A stretch of 64,000 nt of DNA from Leucoraja ocellata. Taxonomy: Eukaryota. The notes under the pieces were generated by a model. It made no database searches and was not told where the DNA came from. It worked only from the letters and a program-made list of their open reading frames with translations. Shown one piece after another: positions 63,299-64,000 of the stretch (positions are counted from its first letter, which is position 1; every line of letters begins with the position of its first letter). The position numbers and the translations under genes were made by a program. The stretch lies in assembly GCA_036785375.1 (NCBI GenBank), contig JAWMAR010000471.1:62001-126000 (forward strand). The letters are read 5' to 3'.

Positions 63299-63556
63299 GG
63301 AGATAAGGAAAGAGGCGGGAGAAGTGGAAGGAGGAAAGAATGTTTACGGACTTTAGAAACAACAGCGTCGTTTAAATGTGCAAAAGCAGCATCCGGTATG
63401 GAGAATTGGCAATCAACCAACACCAGTAACTGAGGGAAACGCCCCCTTGTGGATAAAGTGATGAAACCCTGTTCACGTTTCATTCACACAGAACACACGA
63501 CGGAAGAACACTAATGCCGCTCCATTCTTTCAGCGTTCTGTCCAAATTAGGAATTC

Positions 63557-63989
63557 ATGTTCTCCATTTGCTCCTTTCTGATCATTATTCTCGTGCGACC
63601 AGGTGAGTTGGTGTTTAAATGGTCATTGTCCGCCAGCAGAGCCCGATCCTATCCAGGAGTTATCACGCGCGTATTTATTGTTACAGGAGTCGGTGAAGAT
63701 TCAGTGTCCCAGAGCCGGCTGCGCTGAGGGTCGAGGAAGGGCAGAACGCAACGATACATTGCAGCTACTCCACAGCAGTAAGTGGTGCAACTCTCTTTTG
63801 GTACATCCAATTTCCCGGTCAGGCGCCGAGATATGTGCTGAAAGGATTCAGTGAGGGGCCAGCCCTGCCAAGTCCAGATTTCTCCGACAGATTTTCTGCT
63901 GTCTTACACAAAGGGAGCAAGACATTTCCTTTAAATATCGCAGGGATGCAACTTTCAGGCCCGACGACATATTACTGCGCCTTGGAGCC
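63557..63989 (+). pseudogene. TCR V segment B14 (mirror paralogue of B5; 1-nt deletion in FR1)
   Basis: Leader 63557-63602; V exon 63687-63989 (CAG AG CCG); heptamer CACACTG 63990-63996, rest of RSS beyond window. Confidence 0.82.
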
Positions 63990-64000
63990 CACACTGTTGC

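Noticed and set aside
1-64000. NAR-TCR cassettes, Ig-like TAILV/IgH V, or D/J segments
   Set aside because: Every complete V has its own leader and a single 3' 23-type RSS. I saw no leaderless supporting V-delta, no 12-RSS D/J elements, no FGXG J motif and no octamer promoter.

Overview
Vertebrate germline antigen-receptor locus: a dense cluster of about 34 T-cell receptor alpha/delta-type V gene segments and relics. The usual structure is leader exon + intron + V exon + 23-bp-spacer RSS. The CR1/Rex1/Penelope/tRNA-SINE repeat content points to a cartilaginous fish, probably a skate (inference). No D, J or C segments were seen. From 1-23 kb there is a tandem array of 13 minus-strand 'family A' V genes (about 1.7-kb unit, about 500-bp leader intron). 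From 25-52 kb there are minus-strand 'family B/C/D' V genes (85-92-bp intron) interleaved with LINE fragments and N-gaps. From 52-64 kb there are plus-strand B/C/D genes forming a mirror-image (inverted) copy of the left block, with the axis inside the gap at 51892-52091. Family labels are mine. The main unexplained signal is a CTCF-core motif at a fixed 23-25 bp downstream of the RSS nonamer in every B/C/D gene whose 3' flank is readable, kept in four different sequence versions and absent from family A. This resembles the RSS-proximal CTCF elements of mouse proximal Igh VH genes. Also seen: promoter capture between V families, a chimeric V, CDR-module shuffling and family-specific non-consensus RSS heptamers.
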